From: a virus
Direction: 5' to 3' (one strand)
IMG/VR virus record: IMGVR_UViG_3300025949_000001
Span: 1-64,000 of that record
DNA length: 64,000 bases
How positions within the stretch are numbered: the first letter of the stretch is position 1; each line of letters opens with the position of its first letter. This document shows, in pieces, positions 30,516-40,634 of this stretch. The notes beneath the pieces are model-generated. The model was given only the letters and a program-made list of their open reading frames with translations, was not told the DNA's origin and did not search any database. The translations under genes and the position numbers were made by a program.

Positions 30516-32927
30516 CGAGCCCGTCCCCACCCGCCGCGTCTCGTTCACCGTGACCGGCTACCTGCGCCACGGCCATCCCGTCGGCGGCTGGTACGACATG
30601 CAGGCCCAGCCGGACGGGGGCCAGGTCTACTCGATCCCCGAGTCCGAGGTCGACGAGGCGTCCGTCACCGACGCGCCACCCGAGACCCTCACCGACGACG
30701 ACTGGTCCGAGATCGCGGGGCAAGTCCACGCCCGACTCGGCGCGGAAGCCGGATCGGCGCTCGTGGCGCAGTGGCGCCGCATCGCGGAGGCTGCGGAGTG
30801 ACGCCCGATCAGATCCCCCACCGCCTGGTCGAACTCGGTGCCGAGGCGCTGCGCCGGGCCGCGTACGAGTGCGACGGCGACTGCGGGCTGCCCGAGGACG
30901 AATGCTGGACCACGTACCCCGTCGCCTGGTCCGCGATGGTGGCCGGCGAGACGCACGTCCACGGCAGTACCGAGGCACTGGCCCGCACCGTGCTCGCGGG
31001 GGCCGCATCGGCAGGCGGTTTCGAGTGGCTGATGCGCACCGCCGAGCAGTACCAGCAACGCGCCCACGCCGCCGAGAAGGCGCTGGCCGAGTCTCGCGCC
31101 GTTCGACACGGGGGCGCGCCGCCGAGGCTGGGCTGGCGGGCGAAGGCCGCGCGGCAGTTGGCGATCGCGGGGCGGGCTGCGCTGGAGGCGGTATCAGTGC
31201 TCGGCCTCGCGCTCGTGGCCCTGTGGGTGTCGGACTGGGCGCAGCGCGAGGCAGATTCCCGGGCGGTCGGGTGGCTCGCGGGTTTCGGCGTGCTCCTCAG
31301 CCCGTTCGCGGCGCTGGGCGCTTGGCGCCACCGGATGCGCGCGAAGGGTCGGCGATGATCGTCTTCTGGCTCGTATTCGGCCTCGTGGCCGGCTATGTCG
31401 CCGGTCGCCTGCGTCCCGGTCGCCGCCTGTTCGACTGGACCTACGCCGCCGCGACCGGTGACCGTCGGGGCGGCGCGTGGGTCGCGGGCGTTGCGCTGGC
31501 GCTGCTTGGCCTCGCCGTGCACCCGCGGCGCTCGATCCGCTACGCACGCTCCTGGCGCCGCGCCGACGAACGGGCGCCCGCGCCGCAGATGGACCCGGAA
31601 TGGGGGCGGCGGTGAACAGCCGCTGCCCGCGCTGTGGCCGCCCGCTCGCAGGCCGGGACCCGGGTTCGCTCAAGCACGCCGCCAACGTGCGCAAGCTGGT
31701 CGGCTGGTTCGTGGCGTTCCCCTTCACGGCGGGAGTCGTCCTGACGCTGGCGGTCGCGGTCGGACTCGGAGCGATCCGGTGACCCGCCGCCCGGTCGCGG
31801 TCGAACCGCCGTGCCCGAGCCAGGCCGAGCACACGCCCTGCCCGACCGGCTACCTCGCCTGGTGGTCATGGGCCGAGCGCATGAACCGCACCCACGGCCA
31901 GCGGCGGTGCACAGGCTGTGGACGGTGGGCGATCTGGTACCGCCGCGCCGAGGGCGAGTGGGCGATCTGCTGGGGCTGCGGCGAGGCGAAGGTGGATCCG
32001 GCGCTGTTCGGCGAGGACGAGGAGCTGCTGTGCGGCGGGTGCGTCGCCGAGAGGGAAGCCCTCAACGCGATGGCGCGCACGGAGTCGCAGCGCCGCCGCT
32101 GGGCGGAGGCGACGTGAACCGGTACCGATCCCGGATCTACACACCACCGCCGCTCACCCAGCGCGGCCGGCAAATCCGCGAAGAATCCCGCGGAGCCATC
32201 CTCGATCTGCGCCCGTACGAGGCCCCGCCGAACCTGCGCCTGCCCAGCGGCCAGCGCGCCTACTGCCGGCGCTGCGTGCGCCACTGGCTGAACGGCGCCT
32301 GGTACTGGGATTTGCCGATCATCGGGCCGGGCGGCACGTGGCGCTGCGTGCTGTGCTGCGGGCTGGCGGCCGACGAGGCGGAGTGCGAGTGCTGCGGGCT
32401 GCCGCGCGAGGTCAACGCCGCATTGATCACGAAGGGGCGCTGGACGTGACCCGCCGCAAGCGCCGTCGTCCGCCGTGGCCGTTCCAGCTGCTCGGCACGG
32501 CCGGGGCGCTCGTCGTGGCGGCGCTCGCGGTCACAGCCGTGGCGCACCTGCTGATCGGCGGACCGTGGTGAAGTCAGGACCCGGCGCGCTTCCCGACCCC
32601 CACGCCCCCATCACGGTCGTGTACTGGCGCTGCTGCGCCGGATGCGCCGCATGGCTCGCCTACCCCTACGCACCGCCGCAGGACGAGCGGACCTACTGCG
32701 GGCCCTGCGACACGCGTCGCGAAGCATCATGCGCCGGATTCGACCCACGCCCGCACCCCTCGCCCGACGCCTGCGTGCGCCGCCACTCCGCGCCCGGCTT
32801 CTGGGTCGTGCTCGCCCGCGACAAAGACACCCTCACCCTGCGCCGCCTCGGCCTGCCCGACGCGGCTCCCGCCACCGTCCACCTGTCCGACACCTACCCC
32901 CGGACCGACTTCAGGCAGAGCCCGTGA
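30508..32927 (+). other. Eight coupled small genes, several membrane or Cys-rich (starts 30508, 30798, 31355, 31612, 31779, 32114, 32446, 32568)
   Basis: Consecutive overlapping stop/start junctions. Confidence 0.6.
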
Positions 32928-33190
32928 CCGACAAAGCACTCACCAAACACCGCGCGTACCTGCGCCGCGCTCAAGGCATTCCCGGCTTCGTCCCCTCGCC
33001 GACCGTCGCCGCGCACCTGCGCGCGCTGCGCGCGGCCGGATGGACCGTCCGGCAGATCGGCGAATGGTCCCAGGTCAGCGAAGGCACCCTCTACCGGATC
33101 CTTGGCGACGCACGCCGCAGCGTGCACCTGCGTACCGCGACCCGGCTCGCCGCCCTCGCCCCCGACCGTGTCCCGCCGAGGATGCGCTGA
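32924..33190 (+). CDS. Small HTH protein
   Basis: GWTVRQIGEWSQVSEGTLYRIL. Confidence 0.7.
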   Translation: MTDKALTKHRAYLRRAQGIPGFVPSPTVAAHLRALRAAGWTVRQIGEWSQVSEGTLYRILGDARRSVHLRTATRLAALAPDRVPPRMR

Positions 33191-34851
33191 TGGCCGCCCC
33201 GCGCGAACGCGATCTAACCGTCACCCTCGACGCGGCCTGGCTCGCCTACGAGAAGCACCTGCTCGCCCGCGTCGACGCCGACACCTTCAGCGCCCAGTCC
33301 GCCCGCGGCTACCTCGCCTACTCCCGGCGTCTGGTCGACCATCTTGGGCCGCAGCGCACCTGCGACAGCGTCGAGGCGTCCGAGATCGTCGAATGGCTCG
33401 CGCACTACCGCGCCCAAGGCGCCCGACGTCCGGACTACGTCCAGAAGGGCGCGGGCCCCGCGACGCTGCGCCACTGCCACAAGTCCGCCAAGGGCCTCTT
33501 CGCGTTCGCCGACGCGAACAGGTGGCTGCGCGAGAACCCGATGCGGGACGTCGCCGCTCCCCCGCTGCCGCGCAAGAAAGCCGGACCGGAACGCGCGGCG
33601 CTCTCGCGCCCCGAACTGGAGGCGATGATCGCGGCGGCGCGCACCGGCCACGGCTCCTACCACGGCGACCGCGGCGCGTGGGTGCGCGACGAGATCGTGA
33701 TCCGGCTGACCGGCGAGTCCGGGCTGCGCAACGGCGACGTGCAGAACCTCGACCTCGGCGACATCGAGGCCGAACCGTCTGGGCACTGGGTGGCGCAGAT
33801 CCGCCGCGGCAAGGGACGCAAAGCGCGCACGGTGCCACTCACCGACGCCTGCGCCACCCTGATCCGCGACTACATCGACCAGTGGCGCCCGCAGCCTGCC
33901 GGGACACCGGACCGCTACGACAAGAACCACCACCTGATCAAGGGCGACGCGCAGGCGCTGCTGCTCTCGCCGGAGCGGCACCGGTTCAACGCGGCGATGG
34001 TGCGCCGGATCGTGGAACGGTGCGCGCAGTCCGCGCTAGGACGCCACTACGTGCCGCACGGGCTTCGCCACACTACCGGCACGCTGCTGGCCCGCGAGGC
34101 AAAGGCAGACCCGGCACTGATCGCGCACATCCTCGGCCACTCGGACATCTCGGTGACGTCGGTGTACCTGGACACGACCACGGACGAGGCGGCGGCTGCG
34201 GTCAATCGGCGCAAGGTCGGAGCGAAGGCTCGGGCGCCGAAGGAGTTGCCGCCGAGCACGGACGATCCGCGCTGGCCGGAGTGCGGCACGCGGGAGGGCT
34301 GGAACCGGCATAAGCGCGAGCGGATCCCGAGGTGCGCGCCGTGCCGGATGTGGAAGCGGGAGGACGCGCAGCGCGGTGAGGCGCGGGCGCTGGAGCGGGA
34401 GTTGACGGCCGCGCGCCGCCGCCTCGCCGCGCAAGAGGTGCAACTCGCGGATCTGCGGGCGCAGCGCGAGCGGCAGCGGCAGGTGATCGCCTCGCAGGGT
34501 GCGCGGATCGAGGCGCTGCATGCGCAGTTCAAGGCGTCGCGCGGGCTGACCCGGATGCCGAAGCTGTTCGCGGCGCAGTCCGCGCAGGACGTGTGCGGCT
34601 CGCCTGCTGGCTACAAGCGGCACCGGCGACTCGGTGAGGACCCGTGCCCGGCGTGCCTCGACGCGGTGGCCGCCTACAGCCGCGAGCGGCAGGCGCTGGC
34701 CGAGACGGGGCGACCGAAGGGGCTGTGCCCGGCGTGCGAACAGCTGCGGGCGGTGACGGCCAGCGGCGGGATGCGCAAGCACGGGTGCGCGGGCGACGGG
34801 CAACCGCCGAAGCCCGTTGATGCGCCGATGGAACTACGCCAGGTGGCGTGA
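33190..34851 (+). CDS. Tyrosine recombinase with long Cys/His-rich C-terminal extension
   Basis: Full R-K-H-R-H-Y set: SGLRNG, GKGRK.R, HGLRH, LGH, TSVY; ENPM linker. Confidence 0.92.
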   Translation: MAAPRERDLTVTLDAAWLAYEKHLLARVDADTFSAQSARGYLAYSRRLVDHLGPQRTCDSVEASEIVEWLAHYRAQGARRPDYVQKGAGPATLRHCHKSAKGLFAFADANRWLRENPMRDVAAPPLPRKKAGPERAALSRPELEAMIAAARTGHGSYHGDRGAWVRDEIVIRLTGESGLRNGDVQNLDLGDIEAEPSGHWVAQIRRGKGRKARTVPLTDACATLIRDYIDQWRPQPAGTPDRYDKNHHLIKGDAQALLLSPERHRFNAAMVRRIVERCAQSALGRHYVPHGLRHTTGTLLAREAKADPALIAHILGHSDISVTSVYLDTTTDEAAAAVNRRKVGAKARAPKELPPSTDDPRWPECGTREGWNRHKRERIPRCAPCRMWKREDAQRGEARALERELTAARRRLAAQEVQLADLRAQRERQRQVIASQGARIEALHAQFKASRGLTRMPKLFAAQSAQDVCGSPAGYKRHRRLGEDPCPACLDAVAAYSRERQALAETGRPKGLCPACEQLRAVTASGGMRKHGCAGDGQPPKPVDAPMELRQVA

Positions 34852-34856
34852 TGCGG

Positions 34857-35054
34857 TCAGGTCTCGCCCAGGGGAAGCCCGGCCGCTTCGCGCCGCTCGG
34901 CTGGCGTCATGTCGTTGTAGCGGACGAGGAACCGCGTGATGACGTTGGTGATCGTCGTCCCGTCGCCCTCGGCTTTCTCAAGTGCAGGTTTCCAGACCTC
35001 GTCCTTGACGCGGAGATTCCGGACGGGGGTGACTCCGGTGGCTGGTCTCGGCAC
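34857..35054 (-). CDS. Ribbon-helix-helix-like repressor, leaderless
   Basis: TPVRNLRVKDEVW..ALEKA...TITNVITRFL; GACACT 6 nt before GTG. Confidence 0.65.
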   Translation of the reverse strand: MPRPATGVTPVRNLRVKDEVWKPALEKAEGDGTTITNVITRFLVRYNDMTPAERREAAGLPLGET

Positions 35055-35109
35055 GCGATCAGTGTCGCATGTGTACTTACGGGTTTCCATGATTCTTTCC
35101 CTCCGGGAC

Positions 35110-35149
35110 TTGAATCTGTACTTACAGAATCGTATGCTGTAAGTACAGA
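35110..35149 (+). promoter_or_regulatory. Sigma70-type promoter overlapped by a 13-9-13 perfect inverted repeat
   Basis: TTGAAT-N17-TATGCT; TCTGTACTTACAG/CTGTAAGTACAGA; extra GTACTTAC at 35073. Confidence 0.8.
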
Positions 35150-35172
35150 AACCGGCAAGGGGAGGACCTGAG

Positions 35173-35346
35173 ATGACCGCCACGCAGACCGCTTACAGCC
35201 AGTGCGACGAGGCGAAGTGCACCAAGAAGGTCGACGCCATCGTGCGCAACGAGCACACCGGCCGCATCGACTTCCGGCTCTGCAGCGGTCACGCCAACAT
35301 CGCCGAAAGCGTCGGCTACGGCTACGTCGAGCGGCTCGGCCACTGA
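35173..35346 (+). CDS. Small Cys-containing protein
   Basis: 57 aa, GGAGG RBS, not in the ORF track. Confidence 0.65.
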   Translation: MTATQTAYSQCDEAKCTKKVDAIVRNEHTGRIDFRLCSGHANIAESVGYGYVERLGH

Positions 35347-35352
35347 CCTTCC

Positions 35353-35374
35353 GCCCGGCCCTTCGGGGCCGGGC
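35353..35374 (+). other. cUUCGg tetraloop hairpin
   Basis: GCCCGGCCC-TTCG-GGGCCGGGC. Confidence 0.7.
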
Positions 35375-35419
35375 ATCCTCGCTCGCCCGATCAGAGAACC
35401 AACCGGAGGGGACCCCGAG

Positions 35420-38400
35420 ATGATCACCGAGAAGCGCGCAGACGAACTGGCAGTTGGCGACCTGTACGACACACGCTGTGGCGTCGCCGACCTCGCCTTC
35501 CAGACGATCACCAGCGTTGAGCGCTTCACCCTCCCCGGCGGCGGCGACCGCGTCGAGATCAGCTACACCGGCGACGCGATCTGCAACAGCCGCATCCTGG
35601 TCGGCGCCTCCACGGTCCGCGTCAAGACGGACGATCCGGCGCCCGCCCAACCCGCCAGCGAGTTCGCCCGCAGTATCTGCCCCGTCGCCGACCACCAGCC
35701 CAAGCGGCCGCGCCGCTCCTCCGGCAAGGTCGGCTCCACGATGTCGACCGCCCGTCGCCGCGCCGTCCTGCTCCGGCTGGCCGAGCGCGTGAACTCGGGT
35801 GTGCTGACCGCCGCCTCGTACCTGCGCGACCTGGGCGCGGACGACGACACGGTCCGCCGCTACGCGTCCACCCTGGGCAAGCGCGTCAAGGCCCTGGCCG
35901 CCGCGAAGGGCATCACCCCCGCGCTGTCGGGTCTGGCCGTGGTCGGCCGCCGACTGGTGCGGTGCCTGGCGTACTCCCCCGCCGAGATCGAGATCCTGCG
36001 CTCGGCCACCGCCGACTACACGCGCACCGCACACCTGATCGGATCCTGAGATGGCCGCGCGCGCCGCCGCCAACACCCTCAACCAGTGGACCGTCGTCAC
36101 CTACCGCGGGTCGCTCACCCAATTCCACGGCCCGGCCCGGTTCGAGGACGTGTGCGACTGCTACTACGGCCCCGACCGCGACAAGGACTGCTGGGGCTAC
36201 GCGCTCATCCTCGCGGACGGCCGCCGACTGCTGCACGTCAAGCCCGAGTCGTTCGACATTCCCGCCAACGCATTGATCGGAGCCTGAGAGATGACCACCA
36301 CGAAGAACGGGCTGAAGGCCACTGCGGTGCGCGGCCACTCGCGCGTGTTCCTGGTCGAGAAGCCGGGTCGCGGCCGCGTCGAGTTCATCGAGATCAAGTC
36401 CGGCGTCGCGATCGAGGAAGTCGACACCGACGCGATCGAGCGCAGCGGAGAGGAGACCTTCGACGCCTTCATACACGCCAGGAAGCTGGATCGACGCGAT
36501 TGCGAAGACCGCGCCCAGGCTGGCTGGTACGTCTCCTCCGCCTTCACCCACTGCGGCCCGCTCCCGACCAAGGCCGAGGCGATCAGGCAGATGCGCCTGA
36601 TTCTGGCCGACGTGAAGATCTGGTGTTGGCGCGACATCCCGAAGCCCGCGAAGGCCACGAAGGCCGAGGCCGCGCAGTGGCTCGCCCGCGAAGCCCGCGC
36701 CCGCGCCCGCGAAGCACACCGGCGCGGCGCGGCCGGCACGAAGATCACGCGCCGGTTCGTCGAGGAGGTCGCGAACCAACTCATCTGCGACGGACGTCTG
36801 ACCGAGGACGACGCCGACCCCGCCGCAGTCCGCAAGGCCCACCGCATCGCCGTCGAGACTAGTTACGAGTACGGAGACCGCCACCTGGTCAACCTCGCCG
36901 ACGTGCCAGGCCTGCGCCTTACCGCGCGCGACCGCATTGATTTGGCCGCAGCCGAGCACGGCTGGAGCGTCGAGCAGATACCCGCCGGATGGGCGACGTC
37001 CGAGAAGCGGCGGTACAGCAGGGGCGACGACTACATCTCGGTGAAGTTCTCAAAGAGCGGCCACGTCACCGGGCTATACAACCCGCTAAGGAATTTCGAC
37101 CGAACCTGGACCGGCAAGGCCGAATCGGCCATCGCCTACCTCACCGGAAAGAAGGCGTGACATGGCCGCGCAGCCCAGTGCAGAGCATGTCGTCCTAGCC
37201 GCTGCTGTGCTGCGCCGGGGCGACGAGCACCCCTGGTACGCGCCTTCTTCACACGCCTTCTTCACACGCCTGCTCGACCGGTTCGGGCGCACGGAGGCGT
37301 CCCGCATCTGGATCGAGGCCGTGCGGATCGTGGAGGCCGAGCACCCGCTCGACCCGCCGACACACTGCGCGCCGGACTGCGCCGGCTTCTGCGGCGAGTC
37401 GTACATCGACGAGGACTGCGCGCCCTGCCAGGAGCTCGAAGCGATCCGGTACCCGGCCGCCGAGAGCGGCCCGCACACGTGCGGATGCGGCGCGGTGATC
37501 CCCGCCGACCAGCACGAAGCAATTTTCGACCACATCGACCAGTGCCCGTCCGCCTGACGGCGCAGACCACGAAGGAGGCGCGCCGTGCGCCGCGAACTTG
37601 AGATCACGATCAGCCTGGGCAGCGGCTCCATCCGGGAGCGCGTCGCGCTGCCCGAGGGCTGGGACGAGATGACCGGCGAGGAGCAACTGGCCGCCATCGA
37701 CGAGGAGGCCGACACGATCATCTGGAACCGCAAGCACGTGACCGGCACCGTCGTGGAGGCGTCGGAGCGATGACCAACCCCATGGCGCCCACCAAGACCG
37801 AGCGCGCCCAGCGGATCGCCCTGAACGCTCGGGCGTTCGTCCGCAAGGCGCGACGCGACGGGCACACCAACCTGATCACCGGAATGCTGCTCGCCGAGTC
37901 CGCGCAGGCCTTGAAGCTGCTCGACACGGACGGCTGGACCATCCGCAAGGCCGCACGCCTGACCGTCGCAGAACTGGAGCAGGCGCAGGAGCTCGTGCGC
38001 GCCGAGGTGCCGGACCTGACCGTGTACGACGCGGACGGCCGCTACGTGCTCGACGGTCCCGGGCAGGCCCCGGTCTTCCACCTGGGCGGGTGGCGGTTCG
38101 GTGGCGGTAGCGCGTACAGCGCGCTGGTCGAGGTCGCGGACCTGCTGATCCTCAACCCGCGCACCGGACCGGGGGCCTGACATGCCCGCCCTCTCCCCCG
38201 CCCAACTCGCGGTCCTGCGCGCCGCGGCTCAGCGCAACGTGTGGGCCGACGCGACGCGCGAACCGGTGCGCTGGATGGTCGGCGCCGACGAAGACGCCCG
38301 GCCGGACACCCCCGCCGTGCAGTCCCTGATCGACGCCGGGCTGCTCGCCGATGACCGACGCGTGGCGGCCGACATCGGCACCTGGTGCTTCGCGACGCCG

Positions 38401-38451
38401 ACCCTCGCGGGCCGCGCCCTGCTCGACACCCTCAACCCGGAAGGCCGCTGA
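35420..38451 (+). other. Early hypothetical gene string (35420-36049, 36051-36287, 36291-37160, 37162-37557, 37585-37773, 37770-38180, 38182-38451)
   Basis: Tightly packed ORFs with RBSs downstream of the 35110 promoter. Confidence 0.7.
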
Positions 38452-39100
38452 CCGTGCTCCCTACCGCCACATTCGCCATCGACCGGCCCGCACCCGGTGT
38501 CGCCGTCGTTGCGGCCACCGGGAGCCTGGACGTGTACAGCGCACCTGACGCCCGCAGCGTCCTGCTCGACGCGATCAACGAGGGCCGCTACCGGCAGGTC
38601 GTGGACCTGCGCGCGGTGGGCCTGATCGACTCGACCGGGTTGAGCGTCATCGTGGGCGCGGCCAAACGCGCGCGGGCTCACGGCGGCGCCCTGGCGCTCG
38701 CGGTGGATCTGGACAGCCGCGTCGGCAACGCGCTGCGGATCGCCGGTCTGCACAAGGCGATCGCGCCCGCCGAGTCCGTGGACGGGGCGCTGGAAATGCT
38801 TGCAATGCTTGCGCCGCAGACCTCGGAGCCGACTGCCGAGCTTGCAGCGCCTGCCGCTCCGTCGTTCTGGCCGCCGCAGCCCGGCGACGTGTGGCTCGCG
38901 TGCCTCGACGCGCAACTCCCCGATCCGTGGGTGTGCCCATCCGGGGGGAAGCTGAGGGCCTGCGGCATTGTCCGGGCGGCCGATCGAGTGTGGAGCGAGT
39001 TCGGCCCGCTGCGGCTGGTGTGGCGTGACAGCGCGCTCGTCACCGCGATGCACTCCAGCGAACTGCCCGACGCACCCGCCGCGGAAGGCCGCTGACCGTG
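38438..39100 (+). repeat. 19-bp exact direct repeat flanking the STAS gene
   Basis: CGGAAGGCCGCTGACCGTG at 38438-38456 and 39082-39100. Confidence 0.9.
38454..39095 (+). CDS. STAS-domain anti-sigma-factor antagonist (BldG/RsbV-like) with C-terminal extension
   Basis: GSLDVYSAP, VVDLRAVGLIDSTGLSVIV, LRIAGL. Confidence 0.88.
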   Translation: MLPTATFAIDRPAPGVAVVAATGSLDVYSAPDARSVLLDAINEGRYRQVVDLRAVGLIDSTGLSVIVGAAKRARAHGGALALAVDLDSRVGNALRIAGLHKAIAPAESVDGALEMLAMLAPQTSEPTAELAAPAAPSFWPPQPGDVWLACLDAQLPDPWVCPSGGKLRACGIVRAADRVWSEFGPLRLVWRDSALVTAMHSSELPDAPAAEGR

Positions 39101-40296
39101 GGCGACCAGTTCACCGACGACCCGGTCGGGCGCCTGTTCAAGGCGTTCTCCGACGCTGTCGACGCCCGGCTGGCGGCCAACCCGCCGCGACCGGCCCGCC
39201 GACGCAGGAGCCGACCGGTCGGCGCGAAGCAGCGCCCCGCCCTCGTCGACGACTTCGATCGTCCCGCTGATGGCTGCTTCTGCGCCGCGACCCCGTACCC
39301 GCCGTGCTCGCACTGCGAACCGCCTGCCTGACCGTTCTTCCTCGCCCGCGCCCCACACCGCGCGGGGCCACCCGATCCACTACCAGCGAAGGAGCACCAT
39401 GACCGAATCAACCGCACTCGCCCAACTCGGCGCCGTCGAGGCGTTCACCGCGTGGCTCAAGGTTGACAAGGAGAACCACCCCGGCGACCGGCGCCTCGCC
39501 ATCTCCTACGAAAGCGCACCCGTCCTGCGCAGCCATATCGAGGCGCTGCTGGACGCCGCCCGCGAGATGGCGCTGATCGCCAACGAGCGGATCGGCCAGC
39601 TGAGCGAGGCACAGGAGTTGGCCAGGGCCTTGTACCGGCTGTTCGATCCCATGCCGTTCTGCATCGACGACCTCGACGAGCGCATGTCGATCGAGCGGCT
39701 GCCGCAGTGGCTTGGCGGCGAGGCCGAGACCTGGCAGCGAGAGGGCGGCGAGTGATGGCCGCTGCGATCAACATCTTCGACCTGCGCTCGGTCCTGGGCG
39801 CCCAGATCCGCGAGGCCAGCGGCGCCGACATGTACGACCTGGCGTCCGTGAACCTGAATGCCAACACGATCGAGATCCGGTTGCGTCTGCGCGACGCCGC
39901 GACGCTCAGCGCCCACTTCGCTAACGCCGACCGCTGGCGCAATGCGTTCGAGGCGCTGCACGCCCGGCTGCTGCGCGACCTGCCCGGCGACGCGAGCGAA
40001 CTGCCGCCGCCCGGCGACGAGTACTGGGCGCGGACCCTGGACGAGCTGCTGACGTTCGCGGCCGAGACCGCGCTCACGGCGGAACGGGGCGCGTGATGCC
40101 CAATCCGACGATCGACCCGGAGCGTATCGAGCAGTACGAGGCGGAACGCGCCGCGATCATGCGCGAGCACACGCCCCGGCTCAAGGCCATGGCCGGCAAC
40201 GACCCGCGATACCCGCGCGTGTGGAACCAGCGCGCCGACGCACTGCGCGCACTCGCGGACAAGTACCGGATGCCGACCGAAGGAGGAACGCGATGA
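39098..40296 (+). other. Small hypothetical genes (39098-39331, 39399-39755, 39755-40096, 40093-40296)
   Basis: RBSs and coupled junctions. Confidence 0.6.
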
Positions 40297-40634
40297 GCGA
40301 CGCCTGGGACCTGTTCGCGCAGGTGCGCGACATCACCGCGTGGCTCGACGCGGACGGCGCGCTCACCGACGAAGACCACGTGTTGAAGATCGGCGCCGAG
40401 CTCGGCGAAGCCATCGACGCGCTCGCCGGGATGAAAGGCACGAACCGGCGCAAGGGCGTCACGCACACCATGGAGCAGGTGCTTGAGGAGCTCGCCGACG
40501 TGATCCTCGCCGCCGCGTGCACGATCGAGCATCTGCGTCCCGGTGCGGACGCCGTTCGCGGGGCGCTCGCGTCGAAGGTCGCCGGGATCATGGCGCGCTC
40601 CGACATCCAGCCGCTCGCGCAGGCAGGTGCGTGA
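40293..40634 (+). CDS. MazG-like NTP pyrophosphohydrolase
   Basis: LKIGAELGEA...EELADVI. Confidence 0.8.
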   Translation: MSDAWDLFAQVRDITAWLDADGALTDEDHVLKIGAELGEAIDALAGMKGTNRRKGVTHTMEQVLEELADVILAAACTIEHLRPGADAVRGALASKVAGIMARSDIQPLAQAGA

